Under the pieces are notes generated by a model. It worked only from the letters and a program-made list of their open reading frames with translations. It was not told the DNA's origin and searched no databases. Both the position numbers and the translations under genes were made by a program. Positions 1-13,210 of a stretch of 64,000 nt of DNA are shown here, in pieces (the stretch's first letter is position 1; every line of letters begins with the position of its first letter). The stretch is from Podarcis liolepis. Its lineage: Eukaryota. The stretch is taken from NCBI GenBank assembly GCA_965112155.1, contig OZ218101.1, one strand, 5' to 3'.

Positions 1-899
1 AGTGTGGTTTGCTCCTGAGTAAATGTACACAGGGCTTAACCTAGGCACTCTTCAATTTCTAAATTCATTATTATAAAAAGGTGTCAGGCTACTCATTTTA
101 CCTATTCTCAGTGTGATCAAACTAAAAATACTGCCCACTAATCTGAATTATTATTTGTGCTGCCTAGCCAGCAAATGGTTGCCTTTGAGAAGCAATTTCA
201 CATGCATATGCTGACATTCCAAGTTCCTGAGCTAGTGAGACTTACTAAGACTTACTACTTATCACCATGGGGTCTCTCTCTCATTATCGCTTAAATAACA
301 CTTTAGCTTATAAAAGAGCCATTTATATCCTTTTGACATATTCAGCCAACCTTTAAGAAATAATTGTTTGCCCACAGATGCCTTATGGTGCCCAATGTTG
401 TACCATGGGGGGCAGAAGGGCAGTGTGCCACTCAGTTAAATGCAAGCTGAACTGCAGCCTCAAATCAAAATCTTCTGTCATTTGTAAGTATAATACATGC
501 CCTGACATTTAGCGTTATTTCAGGTTTATGTGTTCAATGTCTGTGTTGTTTTTATAGTACTACTACACAAAACAAGAAAATAACCTTCCATTGACATAGT
601 ATTGGGATGTAATTTACTTGCTTTCAGTGTTGGATTGAGACCTCTTATTAACATTTATTTTTGTATTGAATAATACGGAAATCCCCAGGCAAAGCACTTC
701 AGTCCAGAATTGAGTTACACATGCCACAATGATTGGACTAAATCTATGCAAAATGAAAATAATTTAGCTGAACCAAGGGAATAGGTAGGCTATCCAGGAT
801 ATGCTATCATTCTATAGATTTTATAGGCTGTCCTAAACTAGCACTTTGGGTGCAGCAATGGACTAGATAAAGAGATATAAGCTGAGACTCAATCCAGCC

Positions 900-1560
900 A
901 AGGGTGTTAGTTGATGTTTCATCGACCCAAGTGAATGATGTTCAGCCTCTACTAGATAGGGTTGCACTCCACTGAAAGGGCCAGATTTGCAGCTTACATG
1001 TGCTTATTGATTCAGCACTGTTAGATGCATATGTAGCCTCTGGTGCTCAAATAATCTTTCATCAGCTCCCTTACCTTGATGGAGAAGCTTGGCCACAATT
1101 ACCTATGCTCTGGTAACCTGCTCTTTAGCCTACTGCCATGTGTTGTACAGGAGGTTGCCTTTAAAAATGGTAGTTGATTCAAAACATGGCCATGAGAATG
1201 TTAAGTGGAACTTTGTGGTTTGATTATTATGTTATGCCTGTGCCTTTTCTTATGTATTGGCTCCCAGTCCATTTACAAGTCCAGTTTAAAACTCTGGTAG
1301 TAACCTTTAAAGCCCCAAATATCTTGGGACCAGACTACCCCAAGATCCTGTTTAGAGTCCCTGCTCCAGGTGCTCCTACTGAATGAGATAAGGCACTGGA
1401 CCACCAGGGAGACAGCCTTTTTCATAGTGGCATTCCAGCATCCCCAGGGAGGCTAGCCTAGCATCATCTTTAGGGAGGGGGCGCCAGGTGAGCACAATTT
1501 AGTTTGCCTAGATCTTCCAAACAATTGATGTAACCTGACTTCTCAGGTTTTGAATCTGTG
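900..1560 (+). mobile_element. Degenerate L2-clade LINE 3' fragment
   Basis: Decayed ALVT..L.YC..LY..LPL...IQN.A.R and LYWLPV..QVQFK.LV..FKA motifs typical of the L2 ORF2 C-terminus; boundaries approximate. Confidence 0.65.
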
Positions 1561-1651
1561 CATTTAATCTTGGTGCTATGTGTTCAACAATATTGTTAAA
1601 CATCTGCCCAAGACTAGGCAACAACATACAGCAGAATCCTATACCCTATGC

Positions 1652-2487
1652 CAGTGTTTCCCAACCTTTTTTGGGCAAAGGCACACTTGTTTCATGAAAA
1701 AAATCTCGAGGCACACCACCATGCCAGATGGGGAAAGGTCACTTTTTACTTATGTAAAAAAAAATAAAAAAATAGTAACAGCATAGAAGGTAATGGTTAG
1801 GCTAGCATCCCTCTTCCAAATATGCTAGGTTTTTATTTACAGGGACTGTCGTACATGGGAAACCATTCAGCACTGTCATTCTCCCATCTGCCATCTGAAT
1901 TGGTACTATTCTGGGTCAACTTACCCTGCTGCATGTGTAGATGAAAATGGCACCAAGTGTGGGGGAGGGGGCAGAACAGGTTTCAGATACAGGATATTAA
2001 GCATACACGTACTTCAGATTGAACTGGTTGCTTGCTTTGCAAGTTTTCATTTCCCAAATGACTGCCTTGGCAAGCGCAATACCTACCAGGCTCAACGCCG
2101 GTCTCGCGCTGCCGCTTCCCGCGCTCTCAAGGACCCGGGAGGAGGAAGGCGTGAAGGGAATCCCGAAGGTGCGAAAACCTTGCGCATGCGCAGGCCTTCC
2201 GCCTGCGACAGCCCAGTAGGCCGGCCGAAGCGAGCGGCGATGGGATGTGGGAGGGAGCTCACTCGCTGCCCCGCGTGTGCCTATGTGGGGCACGTTACAG
2301 CCCCATGACGTCAGCGCCATGCAGGCAGCCAGGCAGGCAGACGGCGAGAGCCCCGCGCTGGGTGGCCTCTCCTCGCCGCCGCCGCCCCGCCTCTCGCCGC
2401 CCGACTCGCCCGCCTCCCTCCCGCGGCACACCAGGCAACATCTCGCGGCACACTAGTGTGCCGCGGAACACCGGTTGGGAAACACTG
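1652..2487. mobile_element. Non-autonomous hAT DNA transposon (836 bp) with CpG-rich internal segment
   Basis: 15-bp TIRs CAGTGTTTCCCAACC / GGTTGGGAAACACTG and perfect 8-bp TSD CCCTATGC (1644-1651, 2488-2495). Repeated subterminal GGCACAC motifs and a 22-bp palindrome at 2444-2465. Confidence 0.9.
2075..2475. promoter_or_regulatory. CpG-island-like segment with NRF1-type and CRE motifs (inside the hAT element)
   Basis: High GC and CpG density in an otherwise CpG-poor window; TGCGCATGCGCA at 2181-2192, TGACGTCA at 2306-2313, and a (GCC)n run. Confidence 0.5.
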
Positions 2488-4090
2488 CCCTATGCAAACC
2501 AGCAGGAGATCCTTACCAGTCCCATTACACCAGCACCCCTGTGTTCAGGGTTTTGTTTTTTGTTTTTTTTAGATCAAACTTACTGGAACTCAGTTCTGGC
2601 ATCTCTCAGGTGGGTGTCATTGCCATTGTATGAGAACATGGGAAGTGTTCATGGTGAGTTCTGCCTGTGTTCATCCAGAAATGACCAGAATTTTATGTGT
2701 GTTCTAAACAATGTCAAGCAAAGTCATGAAAGGCATAATAAAGGATTCCATTCTTCCCATTCTGAAACACTCCCAGCCCAATAAATCATCTATCCTCAGC
2801 TGTGACTGGGACTGCTGCTCTAAATATGAATTGGGAAGATCGGTGGCTGCATTTGGACTTCTTGGAGAAGCTAGTCATAACAACTAAGCCATCTCCTGTA
2901 ATTTGGTCCTCTGGTATGCATCTGTGTAAAGACTCCCAGTCTTTTCCAACTGAGAACCATTTCCAGGGTCTGATGATGAGTGAAACTGCTGTTTCAAAGG
3001 GCTCTTTATGGTAAAAGGTGCATTCCAACCATAGGAGCCAACTCCTAGCGGCCGTGGGGGTTTCAGATCCCACAATAAAATATTTGAGGGAGGCAGAGCA
3101 TTCGCATTCAAATGGTGTGTGTGCGCTATGTCAATTATGTGGAGCAGGGCTTACCTGGGCCCCCACAATATTTTATTAAATATTCCAACCTAGGTCAGGG
3201 AAGGGAAAATGGATTTGGATGTTGGGCCTGATCTAGAACTTCGCAGTGGTGAATCACTTGGCCTGGCAAAGCTTTCTTCACTAGCTCATCAAGGTCCTTC
3301 ATCAAGTATAATATATGGTCATAATTATTAGTTTGCATATGCCTCCTCTTGCCTGTTAGACTTCAGAATATTGTATATACATGTGATTTATTCCAAAGTG
3401 TGGAAATATTGACTAAATACTTCCTCCAGAAAATAATAGAGAATGAAAAGGTGGTTAAATTCTACAAAATAAAGAAAGCATGAAATTCAATACATTGGCC
3501 ACATTCCTCAAACCACCCTATTCAGCAGTTGCCCCATTAATGGCATTCTCCTCTCCTAAGTGCAGTCTTTGAGTAAAATGCTAAAACCATTCCATTAGAC
3601 TATTTTAAAAATGAATCCTCGCAAACAATTTTCAGGGACAAAAATAACATAAAACAATTTAATACTGTGGGAATCTATCCATGTTGTTGAACTTTTATAG
3701 GACTGTTATTTATTAGATTTGCAGTTTGAACTATCCCAGAGGGTGAGTAACAACATTAAAAGCTTTTAAATATACTGACCAAAATCTCCCAGGAGATACT
3801 TAACCTTCAACACTAAACAAGAACCTATATTAGGAGGCCAAAGACAGCGCTTCTGTCAATATGCAGGTGCCAGATTTTGTTTTGTTTTCGCAAAGCAAAA
3901 CAAAACAAAACAAAAAACCTTGGTATGCTTTTAGCAATAAGTTAATCCTCTAGACTGCAGTTGGTTGCAAGTATGAGATGGCCTTTCCAATATACTTGGG
4001 CCAACACTGTTCCCCGCTTTTTTTTTCTTTCCCCAGAGCAGTTTCTTTGCTTTGACAGTGATGGGTGTCAGAAAACATTTGCTCTTGGAC

Positions 4091-4135
<45 letters not shown>

Positions 4136-4415
4136 TTATTTATACCCCACCCATCTGGCTGCATTTCCCCAGCCACTATGGGTGGCTTCCAACAGGATAT
4201 TAAAATACAGTAATCCATCAAACATTAAAAGCTTCCCTAAACAGGGCTGCCTTCAGATGTCTTCTAAAAGCCTGGTAGTTGTTGTTCTCTTTGACATCTG
4301 GTGGGAAGGGGTTCCACAGGGTGGGTGCCACTACCAAGAAGGCCCTCTGCCTGGTTCCCTGTAACTTGGTTTTTCGCAGTGAGGGAACCGCCAGAAGGCC
4401 CTCGGCACTGCACCT
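4091..4415 (-). mobile_element. L2-clade LINE 3' end with (TTA)n tail
   Basis: (AAT)n at 4091-4134 followed by sequence near-identical to 36678-36981, whose minus strand encodes RAFLVVAPALWNTLP...FRRHLKAALF. Confidence 0.8.
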
Positions 4416-6744
4416 AGATATCTGCTAGTCAACTGACTCATGGCCATTTTGCATATCCTGCTGTGATTCTGTGGTTTGAAATGATTTTTTTGACATCAAT
4501 TCAAGAGCCCCCCAATTGCCCACTGTTTTATATTTTAAAAACTGCCCATGCCCACTTTTTTCACATTGACCACATTCACTTTTATACTTCAGTCATGTCC
4601 ACTTTTGCATGTGCCTCCTCTGCCTCCTTTTGCATGTGCCCCCTTCCTAGGCTGGCAATGCCCAATGCATCTTGCAGCTAAAGAAAAGTTTGTCACTCTT
4701 GCTTTAAAGATTGTAACCCTGACTTGTAGCACATCACTATGAACATATGTAGGAGATCAAGATGTAGCATATTTTTGGGTCAGCCAGACAGAAGTAGGAC
4801 TTTTAAGAGGTGAGCTCTCATTAGGAGAATTGCAATGAAATTGATCTATTTAATACTGCAGCCCTAGTGCACTTATACAATAATGCACAAATTTACAAAG
4901 AAATGGCTTAATTTAGCCTTCACCAACCTGGTGCATTCCAGGTGTTTTGGATGATGATTTCCATCAGTTCCAGCTATCCCAATCATGCTTGTTAGGGGAG
5001 ATGGGAGTTGTAGTTAAAAATATCTGGAGAGCCCCAAATTGGCAAAGATTGGCTTGATTGATAACACCTTTTGTAAAGGTGTTGAATGTGGGCTTCTCTT
5101 ATTTGCTCTTGCATTGCAAAGTCTAAAAGCATTAAATTGTATTGGTTAATGGCAGGACACATAGAATAGTATTCAAAGGTGGAAATGCTCAGATTTCTTT
5201 ACCCTATTTGGCCTGGTCTCAACACAGAATTCTCTGAGATAAGTGCCTGATTAAATTCATAAGAAGTTGCTTATTCAAAGTTAGCCTACTCTTACAATGA
5301 ATTTGTAATGGCACAAGCACTGCCTGCTTAATGCAGTAAAGTTGATTTTTTATTTTTTAAAAATCTAACAAAGTTAGCAGTTCTAAAAGTATGTCTTGGT
5401 ACGGGACAACCTCTTAGATGTCTGGAAAACTGCAAGGAAATTGAAGAGTAATGCTTATTTCTTTAAACCATGGATTCCTTAACCTTTCTCATTCTTAATG
5501 TTCTTCTTGGGGACTGCTTATAAGCCAGAAAATGAGGTTTTATCTTGTCCAGTTCAGGCAGTCAGAACTGTAATTCACTTCTACCATACTGACCTAGGAA
5601 AGATCAACACCTACATACCTTTACTGTGAAAGATTTTCAGAATATCAGTGGCTGTCAGCTCCAGTTAATTTGCTCCTCTTAGAATGATAAATCAACCCTA
5701 CATATATATTTTAGGAAGTTTGGTGGGCTTGGCTGTCTGTAATGAAGTAATAAGGCTGCACATTTTTACAGAGTGAATGACTGGAAAGTCACAGGAAATG
5801 TAACTAATTAGAATGGATACATAACCAAAGCAAGGGGGGGGGGGAATGCCATGTCTGAGTCTAGGAGGCAGTTATGTTCAGGACAAAATGAGCAACCAGG
5901 TAATCTATGCTGGGAGAGCTAGCAGGAGCTAGTGAATGTCCCAGGCTGAGGTTAGGGAAGGAGAAAAGGACTTGTGGGAAGTTCCAACAGTAGAGACTGG
6001 GGAGGGATTTTCAAGTGGTCATTGACCATCACAATATGAGTAGGTCTATGTATAGGAAATCTGTGTTTTAAAAATGGATTATTGTTGCATTTATAGTTAG
6101 AGATTTTCTTCTTCTTTGGGGAAACCGTTTGAAAAGTTTTTGTTCATGTAGTTTACATAGAGTGCAGTTGTGTGAATCCATTCTGCACCCATGAGTTACA
6201 CATTTTCCTTATATCTGTCTTCTACTCTGGCTGTAGCACACTTAAAATGCTAACAAATCACTTGCAATAAACCCTGAGCACCCATGATAACAGTGATTTA
6301 GGTGCATGGGGAAAGAGGTGTTTTCATTATTGACTCTATCAATTATATGTTGCTTTAAACTTATAGCCCCATGTTCATTTTTATGGCAGAAAACTTTCAG
6401 CTACTGTATTTACTGCGTTCTCCACCAGCAAAGGCTTTGCTCTTAACTGATGATAATGTAAGAAGATTATTATCCTTGCTCTCATAAGCAGTGTCCCACT
6501 GGGACCATGCTTAATAATAACAAATATATACGGGGCTTGCAAGCTAATGGTCTGTTGTTAACAGGGTTGCAGAATATTTCACCTTTCAATCACGTACGCA
6601 TTTCCAAATCCCTTTTGTTAAAAATACATGGCATGATCAAGGCCTGTCTACAACTGCACCTTGGCCTCACACTTACTCAAGGAGGCTGCAAATCAGGGTG
6701 TTTGTGCAGCAAACCTTGTGGTCACCGATTCAGCAGTACACCCT

Positions 6745-6968
6745 GTGGATGGTTTTAAAAGAGGAATAGACAAATTCAATAGCTTCTAGCAACAATGACT
6801 ATGTTTTACCTCCACTATCACAAGCAGTATGCCTCTGCATAGTTATTGCTCAGAATGGCAATGACCAAGAATGCTGTTTCACTCAGGTCCTGCTTGCAGG
6901 CTTCCCACAGACACTGTGAGAACAGGATCCTTGACCTGATCCAACAAGGCTCTTTGTATGTCCTTACA
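6745..6968 (+). mobile_element. CR1-type 3' UTR fragment
   Basis: GGATGGTTTTAAAAGAGGAATAGACAAATTC...CTGATCCAACAAGGCTCT...ATGTCCTTA; related to 10490-10748. Confidence 0.55.
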
Positions 6969-7892
6969 CAGTCTGGTAACCAGCAACCCTTAGCAGAAAC
7001 TTGGATAAATGAACATGGAATTGGGAGCCTTCATTCTAGTAGCACGGTCTCCCCACCTATGCCCTGGCTCTAGCTGAGCCTTTTATATAGTCAAAGTATT
7101 GGTAACCTGGGTGTTTAGGGCAGTGAGAGACTTAGTGGCTGTATGCTCTGCTAGTGCATATAAAGGGTCTGAGATTGTTACACTGAGATCTCCATGTTAG
7201 CATTAACCTAAGGGCTGTGCCAGAACATGTTGGTAACACTGAATGCTTTATTCCTCAAAGGCATTAGTGGAAGTTTCTGCCCCATGTGCCAAAGCCAAGT
7301 GCTGGATTGCTTCCATACATTTTAGATAGATATATTATTTGTAAAAACAGTCCTTCCATTCATTATTTATCAAAAAGACAATTCTTAATCTATTTGTGTT
7401 CTTTGAAACTAGGCTATAGCTGATATCAAAGGATGCCTACTATTCTTAGCTACACCCCCCCCCGCACACATTGCACTGATGAAGAAGTCTGTTTCTCTTG
7501 TCTTCTCTTAACTCATTCTTGATGAAATGAGTTCTGTTTAAGACATAGATTGTGTAAAACTCAATAGGGGGGACAATCTTCTTCAGGAGTTTTGTTAGAA
7601 GGTGAACATTTTATTTACCTTTGATATATTCTCCCCTGGAAATTTAGCTCTGAAATAAAATGTAATTCATCTTTCTTATCATGGAAAACAGCAGGAAGCT
7701 ATAGTTTAGTTTAAAATTACATATCTTCGATTTCTAAGAAAGGAAGCTTCAAATGTGACAAAACTTGGATTATTTACATGAATATTTGCAATATTCAGAA
7801 TGTTAGGAACAAAAATGTTTATTTAAAAAAATCTTTGGAACAATAAATATTACGAGTGCTAGCCCCACTAATTGCTCCTCCTATGAAAATGG

Positions 7893-8823
7893 ACAAGTGG
7901 GGTTCTACAGGGTTATGTCCTGGGCCCACTGTTGTTCAACATCTTTATAAACGACTTGGGTGAAGAATTTCAGGCAAATGCCGTGGAAGACATAATCAGT
8001 ATCCAATATGACTTTAAAAGATTGGATAACTAGGCCAAAACTAACAAAATAAATTTGAACTGGGACAAATGTGAGGCTCTACACTTAGGCAGGAAGAACC
8101 AGCTGCACAAATAAACAGTGGAGGACACTTGGTTTGCCAGTAGTACATGTGAAGAGGATCTAGGGTTCTTAGTAGACCACAAGCTTAATGTGATTCAACA
8201 ATATGATGCAGAGGAAAAAGGAAAAAAAAGAATGCTAATCCTGTTCTAGGCTGCATCAGTATAAGTATAGTGTACCAATCAAGGGAAGTAATAGTACTGC
8301 TCAGTTTCGCCTGGGTCAGACCACACCTGGAGTACTGTGTCCAATTCTGGGCACTACAGTTTAAGAAGGATATTAAAAAGAATATTTACAAGCTGGAATA
8401 TGTGCAGAAGAGGGAGACCAAGATGAAAAAGGTCTGGAAACCAAGCCTTATGAGGAATGGTTGAAGAAGGTAGGTATGGTTAGCTTGGTAAAGAGGAGAC
8501 CGAGAGGAGATATGATAGCCATCTTCAAAGTGCTGTCACATGGAAGATGGAACAACCTTTACTCCTACTCTAGAGGTTAGGACCCAAATCAATGGCTTCA
8601 AGTTACAAGAAAGGAGATTCCAACTCAACATCAGGAAGAACTTTCTGACAGTAAGAGCTGTTTGACAGTGCAATGGGTTCCCTCTGAAGGTGGTGGACTC
8701 TCCTTCCTTGGAGGTTGGATGGTTATCTGTCATGGATGTTGTATTTAAGATTCCTGTATTGCAGGAGATTGGACTAGACGACCTTCAGGGCCCTTCCGAC
8801 TCTACAATTCCATGATTCTATGA
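7893..8823 (+). mobile_element. CR1 LINE, 3' ~0.9 kb, degenerate
   Basis: SGV.QG..LGPLLFNIFINDL and VRPHLEYCVQFW..KKD..KLE.VQ motifs; ends in CR1-type ATTCCATG-ATTCTATG octamer repeats. Confidence 0.92.
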
Positions 8824-10040
8824 AAAGGCATGCAAGGCAGGGAGCAGGTTTTCCAGGACTCACAGCCAAGATGGTCATTAAGCTCAGCCCAAAATATGCT
8901 GGTGTAACTCACTCATCTTGGCTCAGTTGGGGCTCATGAAAGTCCTCAAAAGGAGTGTCCTTGAAGAGGCTTGGTGGGGCCAGAATCCGGGAGGACTTAG
9001 ACTGGATCCTAAGTTCATTCAGCTCAGCCTCATGACCTGGCAACTCAGCAGAGAACACTGTTTTAAAGGCTTGATTTCCCTCTTCCACACTTAGGCCGGC
9101 CACCAGCGGCAGCCGCCTGTTGAAAGGGGTTTGGATCTGGTGTACCTTTACATTACACCTAACTTACTCAGCTTTGCTTTATGCCAGCTTCTCATACATA
9201 GGATTGCTTCCTTAGTCTGGATCCTATTCCTACTCAATTATTCAATGCATTTGATACAAGTATCACCAAAATTAAGAAATTCTCAGTGACTGTGGAAGTG
9301 CAACATTTGCTAAAAAGGGTGTGGGGTGAATTGCAGTTTAGGAATGGTTTGGAAGTGGATGGAAACTAAAACTGATAGTTTTGTGATGATTAGAGACTGA
9401 ATTTTCTTAAAAACTCAATGTTGAGCTTATCAGCATGGATTTTTTTCCTAATTCACACCTTGCTCCTTAATTCAAATGACAAATGACAATTCCGCTAGAA
9501 ATATGAACAATTTCCACTTATTCTATGCAATGTTATGCAAACCATTTTACACATTATACACAATATTATTAGCATAGTATACACATATACACTGCATTTT
9601 CTCTGAAAAAACCAGAACATAAACAGATACAGTATGTGCAAAAATCTGTATAACTGTATAAAAATACATTTTAATAGAAAACTATGCTGAAGAAATATAG
9701 TAAAGCACGGGGGGTTGACTCTTTTTGTATTATACATGTAATTTTGTGCATAATTTAGCATATAAGGAGTTGGGAATTTTTAAACAACAAAAACACAGCA
9801 ATGCATGAGCAGCCCAGGCATAAGCAGTCATGAAAAAACAAGTGGTGGTTTAATGTAATTTCTGTGAAGAAATCCATTTAAAACATACTTCCTTGATTTC
9901 TAGTGATGATTTTACACTTAGGTATTTAAAATATTGTGTCCAGTTCTGCTTGCTGTAAGTGGGAAAATGTAGGAAAGAGCAACTTGTTTGGAATTTGTAA
10001 ACTGCTTTGAGGGATGGGTGGGTGTAGGTGTTTACAGAAG

Positions 10041-10424
10041 TGGGTGGCACTGTGGTCTAAACCACTGAGCCTTTTGGGCTTGCTGACTGGAAGGTCAGCG
10101 GTTCGAATCCCCCCGATGGAGTGAGCTCCCATTGCCCTGCCCCAGCTCCTGCCAACCTAGTAGTTTGAAAGCACACCAGTGCAAGTAGATAAATAGATAC
10201 CACTGTGGCGGGAAGGTAAACAGTGTTTCCATGCACTCTGGCACTCGCTACGGTCCTCTGTGTGCCAGTAGCGGTTTAGTCATGCTGGCCACGTGACCCA
10301 GAAAGCTGCCTGTGCAAACACCAGCTCCCTCAGCCTGAAAGCAAGACGAGCACCCCAACCCCATAGTTGCCTTTGACTGGACTTAACCGTCCAGGGGTCC
10401 TTTACCATTTATTTATTTTTACCT
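10041..10424 (+). mobile_element. Sauria SINE
   Basis: tRNA-like head GGGTGGCACTGTGG with B-box GGTTCGAATCC, body matching 33501-33853, and an (ACCTTT)n-type tail. Confidence 0.9.
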
Positions 10425-10489
10425 TTACAGACAAGTGGCATATATATTTTATTAAATAAATAAACTTCAGCTACAAAAATGGCCAGAAA

Positions 10490-10748
10490 CTTTGTGTTTT
10501 TAAAAGAGGATTGCACAGGTCCATATATATCAGTGGACAAGGCTATCATTGCCTGTTAGTCATGATGTCTATGTGCTAGCTCAAGGATAAGAGGCTGCAT
10601 GCCTCTGAAAAACTGTCACCAGGGAACATTGGTAGTGTTCTCCTGCTTGTAGGCTTCCCCTAGGCATTTGGTTAGCCACTAAGGAAATTAGGATGCTGGC
10701 TCAGATAGGTCTTTAATCTTTTTCCAGCAGTGTTCTTATTATGTTCTT
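10490..10748 (+). mobile_element. CR1-type 3' UTR fragment
   Basis: TTTTAAAAGAGGATTG...CCAGCAG..TTCTTAT..GTTCTT; similar to 6745-6968. Confidence 0.5.
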
Positions 10749-12719
10749 GTGTTCCAAACTACAGTGTCTAGATGTCTCACCCATGGAACAGGGTGGAAGA
10801 GGTGGAGACTTTAACCTAGGACTATGCTTTAATGCCACCAAAGTTAAATTTGGAAAGGGGATTTTGGCTTCAGAACTCAGGCTTCCTCTGCTGTCCTTAT
10901 TCATGGACTCCAAGCATTAAAGAGAAGCTAACATTAATCATTACTGTTAGATTTGGCAGGCAAGTGTTAGGAGCGCGGGAGGAGTATGAAAGCTTTATCA
11001 TCCTGGCATTTCCTGCTGTCACAACTCAGCAAGTCCTAGATGGGGAGGAGGGTACCAATCAATTGAGAAGTGATTACGGGAACTTCAGTTCCAGTGCTAA
11101 GGTTGAAGGAAATGTTTTGGATCCTGGAGACCAGGTGCCTCCACTGTAATATTTTTTTCTGCATATCCGCAGATTATGCCAGTAAAAGAAACATGAACCA
11201 CATTTCTGTGACATGCGTAATGGTCCACATATTACTTTCAAAAGGTATGTGTTCACAAGAGCAGTGCAAAAGTGCTTTCCTCAGTTTAATTTATTTTAAA
11301 AATGTGTTTATTCTATGAGTTGGCCTGCTTGAATAAAAATAAATAAATCTACATGTTCAGCTGATGACTGCACCTGTTGTATTTATCCAAGATGTTACAT
11401 TATTTAGAAAAGTTGAACTATATCTTTTCTTTGATGCTGCTCTGCACTTTGGACAGCCATTTTGTCTGTTGAACAATGGACATTTGATTTATAGTACTAT
11501 TAAAATATAGATATAAGCCATTACATGCATTCTCTTGCAGCAAGGTCATTATCTCTGACAAGTACCGAAGTCATTATCTTTGACAAGTAGTGTTGGGCTT
11601 TCATTTGCACAAATATATCGTAGGCAAAATATATTTCTGGGGAAATCCTGTGAAATTGTAATGTAACATTTCAAAATACATGCAGAAGCAAATGTCTGGA
11701 AACTTCCCTTTAACTCAGTGCAAATTCACATGACTCACTGATCCCCATTTCCACTCCATTCACTCTAAAACAATTGGGAAAGTGAAGTAATTTCCCATAA
11801 CTCCATTGTCATCATCAGATCACTTCCTGGTGTAGAGAGCGGCTGTAGTAGGTCCTCTGAGCGGAAAAGATGGAGAAATGCTATTGGGTGACAGAACTGC
11901 TCAGCACCTACTTTGCTTCTGTCTTCGTGCAAAAGGAAAGCACTGCCCAGTCTGGTGATAACAGAATAAACAATGCAAGGAGCAAGCTACATCACATGTA
12001 GTTTCACTGCTAGATAGAACAGCTATGATGACCTTAACACTACTGCATTTTCATATTCCAAGGTTAATATGGGAGCATAACTCTCCCACTAACTTTTCAA
12101 AATGTGTAGGTGGCAGCTGTCAATGAAAGGGAGGTTGCTTCTGAAGAGCTCAGACCTAAATAAAAGGCCATCGATAAGGTTTGTAAATCCACCTAATTAT
12201 TTGTACCAGTAGGTAACAGTAATCATTTGCTTCCCAGAGTTGGTGTTTCTAGACTGAATTATAATACAACTTTGCTTGCTTATCCTCTGTATTTTATTTT
12301 ATTCTGTTTCATTTTATTGGACAAAGCAGATAAACTCTATCAATTTTTCTCACATCCCAAGAACAGAAATCATTAACGGAGCTGGTAAAATCTTTAATTT
12401 TACATTCCCATTTCAATGTATTTACAGCTAATAAGCTGTGCATTTCTTGAATCTATCATGCTCTACTATGTTATCTCAGAAGCCAGATCGCCAGCCATTA
12501 CTATATTATTTTAAAGCTTCTTATTCATCATACAGCTTGACATTATTTGTTGGATGGGTTGCCGTTCTTCTATTAATCCCCCACATTTGCCTTAGCAGCT
12601 AAAGTGTGCATTATTTTTTTTGGGGGGAGGGCAGGCAGGAAATCTCTAAAAGTCAAAATGACCTATCATTGTGTGTGAGCAAGTCTTCCAGCCATTGCTG
12701 CACTGCCTTCGATCTCTTA

Positions 12720-13210
12720 GGGAGCAATCCTATAGCAAGATCCACTGGGATGAGTGTGTTAGGATACAGTGGATCTCCAGCTGAGCTGGGAGGTTCCTGG
12801 TACAGCTAGACTTGATTCCCTTCATCCTAGGCTTAGCCAGAGATGTGTTGATATACTGTATCTCATCCATTCTGGGTCAACCAGGACGTAATTGGCTGAG
12901 CTGAGCCTGACAGATCTTAAGCCAACATAACTCCTGAAAAGTGGTTGTGGTATAGGCAGAATCAGAGAGAGGGAACTTGGGATGGATCCTAAGTCTGTTC
13001 AGCTCAGTCATGTGACCTGGCAACCCAGCATAAGATAAGCTGGCAAAAAACGGCAGTGTGTAGCTCAAACCCTATTTAAAGGTTTGCTTACCTTCTACCA
13101 GGCTTAGCTCAGTGCAGCCATCAGCAATCCTACTGCTGAACAGAGTTCGGATCTGGCTTAACTTACACTTGCTTGCTTTACTCTAGCTTCTTGTGTATAG
13201 GACTGCTCCC
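12720..13210. mobile_element. MITE, probably PIF/Harbinger-like
   Basis: TIRs GGGAGCAATCCTATA / TATAGGACTGCTCCC flanked by TTA/TTG; a related internal sequence lies at about 8900-9212. Confidence 0.6.

Noticed and set aside
1997-2784. GC-rich ORFs of 144-179 aa and a host gene promoter call
   Set aside because: The ORFs are low-complexity by-products of GC content, and the segment lies inside a TSD-flanked hAT element.
3931-4364. Poly-Leu/poly-Ile ORFs and similar YI/CV/TH-repeat ORFs elsewhere
   Set aside because: They are translations of microsatellites.
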